Below the pieces are notes generated by a model. That model worked only from the letters and a program-made list of their open reading frames with translations. It made no database searches and was not told where the DNA came from. This document shows positions 59,453 to 64,000 of a stretch of 64,000 nt of DNA, piece by piece; the stretch's first letter is position 1, and every line of letters starts with the position of its first letter. This DNA comes from Paraspadella gotoi (lineage: Eukaryota; Animalia; Chaetognatha), in contig CM119263.1 of assembly GCA_051294375.1 (NCBI GenBank), positions 17,818,628 through 17,882,627 on the forward strand. Direction: 5' to 3'. The position numbers were made by a program, and so were the translations under genes.

Positions 59453-59721
59453 CTCTCTTCTCTCTCTCTATCTCTCTCACTCTCCCCAGAAAAACACACT
59501 CGGAAAAAAGGCTCTCGGCTTCCTTCTGGTTCTCTGTGACGCAAAACGGCGGCCGCCGTCGTCGCCGACGAAGCGGCGCCATTTCCGGCTTCTTCATCGT
59601 CGTCGTTTCGCCGATTCAACGCGTCGGCGGCGTCGGGAGCAGCGACGGAGGAAGATGCGAGAAGTTGGGAGGAAAACGACGCCGGGTTTGGAATTGTGGG
59701 GAGAGAGGAATAACTTGTCGG
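57502..59721 (-). pseudogene. NK4: Frameshifted duplicate of NK4 (probably an assembly artefact)
   Basis: Same four exons, but with indels in the homeobox and last exon (e.g. AQVFELDAGFKQPTIL). Confidence 0.65.
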
Positions 59722-60335
59722 CTGAAATGTCGCGTGAGAAAGGAAAAATGGGGGCGAGGGTGAAAAGAGAGAGATGGAAAAAAGATAAAGTAGGAGAAAT
59801 GTGAAAGAGGAGAAGAGAGGAAAAAAGTGGTCGAAAGGGAAAAATTTAAAAAAAAAGAAAAAAAAAGAAAACAGTGGGAAAAGTGATAAACGGGAGGGGG
59901 GGGGAGATTATTCATTTTTGAATCGCTTCAACTTATTTGTTTCCTTTCAGCTCAAATCAAAGTTCAAATTAAAACGATTTTTCTGACAAACAAATTGATG
60001 CGATTACCATGTACCCGTTTCGTCATTCCTTGTCGTTTTACTGAGGACTTTTCCAGGGATACTTAATACAGGCGTCAGCTACATATTTCAAATTTCAAAT
60101 TGATTGCCTACGTATTTATTAAAATATTAAAATAAAAGGCAAAAAAAATAAAAAAAGATGCGACTCGTTTATATTTCCTAATCTTTTTCGGTTTCTATTT
60201 ATTATATTACTTGGAGAGCAGTCCAAATAAAAATTGTAAAAAAGAGTTCGGACCTCTGAGGATTCGAAGCCGTGAACATGTGGCAAGATCATTTCACAGC
60301 TACTTTCGAAATCGGAGAGAGGGAGGGAGAGAGAG

Positions 60336-60418
<83 letters not shown>

Positions 60419-60621
60419 AATACCATGAAGAGAGACGTGTGAATTAAAAAAGAGGAGAAAGAGTTTGTAATGATTTCTCTCGAAATATGAGTGGATTGCA
60501 ATGAGGTTCAAAGTGGTCCCGAGATGAGGCCCAATCAAGTGGAACCCCTGAGGGGGTCAATTGGATTCGTGAGGACCTCCCTCAACATTCTCTCTCTCTC
60601 TTCTCTCTCTCTCTCTCTCTC

Positions 60622-60673
<52 letters not shown>

Positions 60674-60938
60674 TTCTTCGTGTCTCTCGTATAAGAGAAC
60701 ATCCTTGGATTTTAAATCGAAACGGAAACTAATCGTTAAAAACACAAAATAATTTAGAAAATTAATACAAAATATAAAAAAAGGAAAAATTATTTTCGGT
60801 TTTAAAATCAGAAATTTCTAAAAAATCTAATCATTGCGTCAATACTGGAAAATAGAGGGAAAATTAGTTTATAAAAAATAAGACGATTTTTTCCACATAT
60901 TTATGGGAGATCATCGTTTATGCTATTAATGAGAGAGA

Positions 60939-60994
<56 letters not shown>

Positions 60995-63588
60995 CCACAT
61001 CGGGTCTACTTTCCCTCAACCACTTAGCCATCGAGGGCTTTCCGTCTCCTCTTTATTCCCCCCCTTTTTCTCCTCGCATTCATTTTCCCTGCACCTGATT
61101 TATGATCTTTTTTTGATGGACGCCGCGCCAACCGATTGAGATCTTATCTCGGGGCAAACCCATCGGCCAATCACAATTCGATTGGCGTCTGGCAGCGTGT
61201 CTTCGGACCAATCAGAAACCGTTTTAAGATTAAACCGCCGTCTAGGAAGGAAACTCGCCAATAAACGACGGAGTAATCTTCGAAGACGTTTTGAGAAAAA
61301 AGAAAAAATTCCACGAATCGACGTGAGGGTTTTAACTTCGACGTCAACCTCGAGATCCTTCAGCTGCGTGGACCAATCAACGATCGACGTTGACAGATCG
61401 ACGAATGAGTCGTCGAGACGACGGCGACGACGAAGATGTCGATGGCGACCGAACTCACCCCGCCGGAACCAAAAGCCAAAAACAAATTGGCGGCCTTAAT
61501 AGGAGCTCAATTGCCGGCAAATTGAGACTGGAATATGACAACTGTTTATCCCAAACCCAATTAAAGGAATTACACATTTTTAGTACTTTTGTTAATGAAA
61601 CTGAGCTTAACTGAAAAAATCAAGGAAACCCTAAGCTTTTAGAAAAAAAAAACTGCTAAGCCGTTAAGTTTTTTTTATGAATTAAATAGTAAATTTATGA
61701 ACAAACTTTATGAAAGATAAATCCGCAAAAGAATAATATTTTCATATTTTCTTAAGCTTAAGTGACTCCTTACTTCTGGCCAACCTCCCTTATAGTGATG
61801 GCGGAAAGAACTCAAAGGCTTTTTTTATCGGCAAAGAAAGTAAACGATCGGTTTTGATTCTCTGATATCAATTTCGAACCCTATCGTGATCGCTCTCTCT
61901 CTTTACTCTCTCTATCTCGCTCTCTCTCTCTCCCATATATTCTCTCCCTTTCCCATTCAATTCCAATTTGAGAAAAAAATTGAAAATAATTTTTTGTCAA
62001 CAGAGATTTTTTTTTAAAACAAACTTCAAAGAAGAACCTAAATCGTTTGTCGTTTCATCTTTACAATTCCGTTCAAATGTCTTTCCCTCATCACTTAATC
62101 ATCAATTTTCTACCCAATATCCGCCAAAATTCTACTACCCTCCCCCCTGTCCCTTTTTCTACCTCCCCCTATCCCATCTAACCCCTTAAGCTCTCCCTCC
62201 TCCACCGCGGACCGTCTCGCGGTTTCGGCGGACAGGTTGTTCTCCCCTTAAACAAAAATTCTTCGCTCATTAATAGAATCCTCAATTTTATTATCGGCCT
62301 CCTCCTTCCCCTCTTCTTCTTCCTCCTTCTCCTTCCCCCTTCTTCTTCTTCCTCTTTCTCCTTCCCCTTTCTTCTCTTCTTCCTCCTTCCCCTCTTCTTC
62401 TTCTTCCTCCTTTCTCCTTCCCCTGTTCCTTTCTTTCCTCCTTTCTCCTTCTTCTCTCTTCTCTCTTCTTCCTCCTTTCTCCTTCCCCCTCTTCTTCTTC
62501 TTCCTCTTCTCTCTTCCCCCTCTTCTTCTTCTTCCTCCTCTTCCTTCTCCCAGTTACTCCTCCCTTCTCCTCCCCAATTAGGGCGACTGACGCCCATTTT
62601 ACAGTGTTGGTCGTCGCGCAAACTTACCTGTGACCAAGACGGCGACGAAATAAAGGACGATGTCGTCGACGAGGAGACGAGAATGAAGACGAAGACCGAG
62701 AGAAAAAGATAAGTCGACGACGACACGACGACGACGACGACGACGACGACGATCTTAAATTACGCTTCAATAAAATGAATCTTTCGAAATATTAAAAAAA
62801 AAAAAATTAATTAAAGTAAAGGTACTCGGGGCCTCAATTTTTTTTTTTCGTACTGGAGATGGAATCGTATCTGATTTATTGAAAAAAAAAAAACCCCGAA
62901 TGATTGTATGCGTTTGATTTTGTCTATATTTACTNNNNNNNNNNNNNNNNNNNNNNNNNATATTTACTTTCAGAATCATATTATATACATATTATACGAC
63001 TTAACGTGTGAAAGTTAAGCCAAAAAATACACTAGAAAAACCGACTACGAATTGGTTTTTATTAATAAAACCATCACTATCGCTATCAAAAAACCCCTAA
63101 AGGATCCAATTTGCGTTTTATCTGTCAGATCTCCGTGGGAGAGAAAATTGTTGATACCGGAGCAGACAGAATTCTTGGCGCCCCGGGTACGAAAGTCTTA
63201 TGCGGTTTCTATGGGAGGAGGAAGAGCAGACAAGAATGAAGAGGATGTTCGGGCAGCAATGGTATCTTACGACAGGAGGAAGAGCGAGAGATGGAAGAGG
63301 AAACAAATTGTATCTGTCAGGGGGACAAACTTTAAACTTAACTTACTACTAGGTTTTGTGCCAAATTCATTTTTTTTAAATGTTGATAATTAATTTAAAA
63401 TTGATAAAATCAACTACCGATTTTTGCCTGAGAATGAGAAGAATGAAACTTTAGCCGAAATTTATTTATTTTAAAAGGAGAAAAAGATTTCCTATGATTA
63501 AAATTTTCCCGGAGGGATTGAATATATATGATTTTCAGCAAAAAGTGAAAACTGTTAAATTTGTAAAAACAAAAAATAGTAAAGAAAA

Positions 63589-63620
<32 letters not shown>

Positions 63621-64000
63621 AGGGAAGAACTAGGAAAAAACAACGAAAGATAAAAGAAAAAAAAGGGGAAGAGAAGGGGAGGGAGAAAGAGAGAGGAGAA
63701 GAGAGGGACGAGATGGTGAGAGAGAGAGAGAGAGAGGAGAGAGGTGAGAGAGTAGAGAGAGAGATGGCAGAGACGAGCCCGTGCGACACGTTGCTGGAAG
63801 CGAAGCGCCACCATCGATCCGACCGCCGAGCGGCACGTGGATTTCGTTCGTTGCTCTTCACCGTCGCTGGCGGCGGCGCGGCATGCGTCGACGGCAGCGG
63901 CCCCGGCAGCGGCGGCGGCTTCAATTAAACAGGAGACCCGACGTTTGAGACGAAATCGCAGCCGAGAAGAGAAATCGGAGGAAAGATAAAAAGTGAGAGA

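Larger units (their letters stand above)
54237..62752. repeat. Second copy of an ~8.4 kb tandem duplication (first copy 45808-54236)
   Basis: Restarts at CCATA(A)TTGGTCTGAAAGAAAGACG, matching 45808, and is colinear to the (GAC)n tract at ~62750; differences are mostly 1-nt indels. Confidence 0.95.

Noticed and set aside
63763-63928. GC-rich stretch near the right edge as a candidate NK4 first exon
   Set aside because: No TN/eh1 motif or convincing donor in any frame.

Overview
Animal (invertebrate-type, AT-rich, intron-rich) genomic DNA from a gappy draft assembly dominated by (AG)n, (GAC)n and (TTTC)n microsatellites; most entries in the ORF track are simple-repeat noise. Manual splicing shows part of an NK homeobox cluster on the minus strand: Tlx (31-~17515, running off the left edge) and NK4/Nkx2-5/tinman (49021-51169, 5' end not found). 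No NK3 or Lbx homeobox is visible between them. Instead the ~31 kb interval holds, also on the minus strand, two paralogous small secreted proteins with a shared Cys pattern I cannot assign to a known family (24.1-26.4 kb), three CD225/dispanin genes, and a PPxY tail-anchored protein that may be a derived dispanin. Mobile DNA includes an inverted pair of Penelope-type minimal hammerhead repeats, a tRNA-derived SINE, MITEs and HINE/DINE-1-like elements. The segment 45.8-54.2 kb is repeated in tandem at 54.2-62.8 kb with an indel-rich second copy, probably an assembly artefact. All gene models are manual predictions without transcript support.
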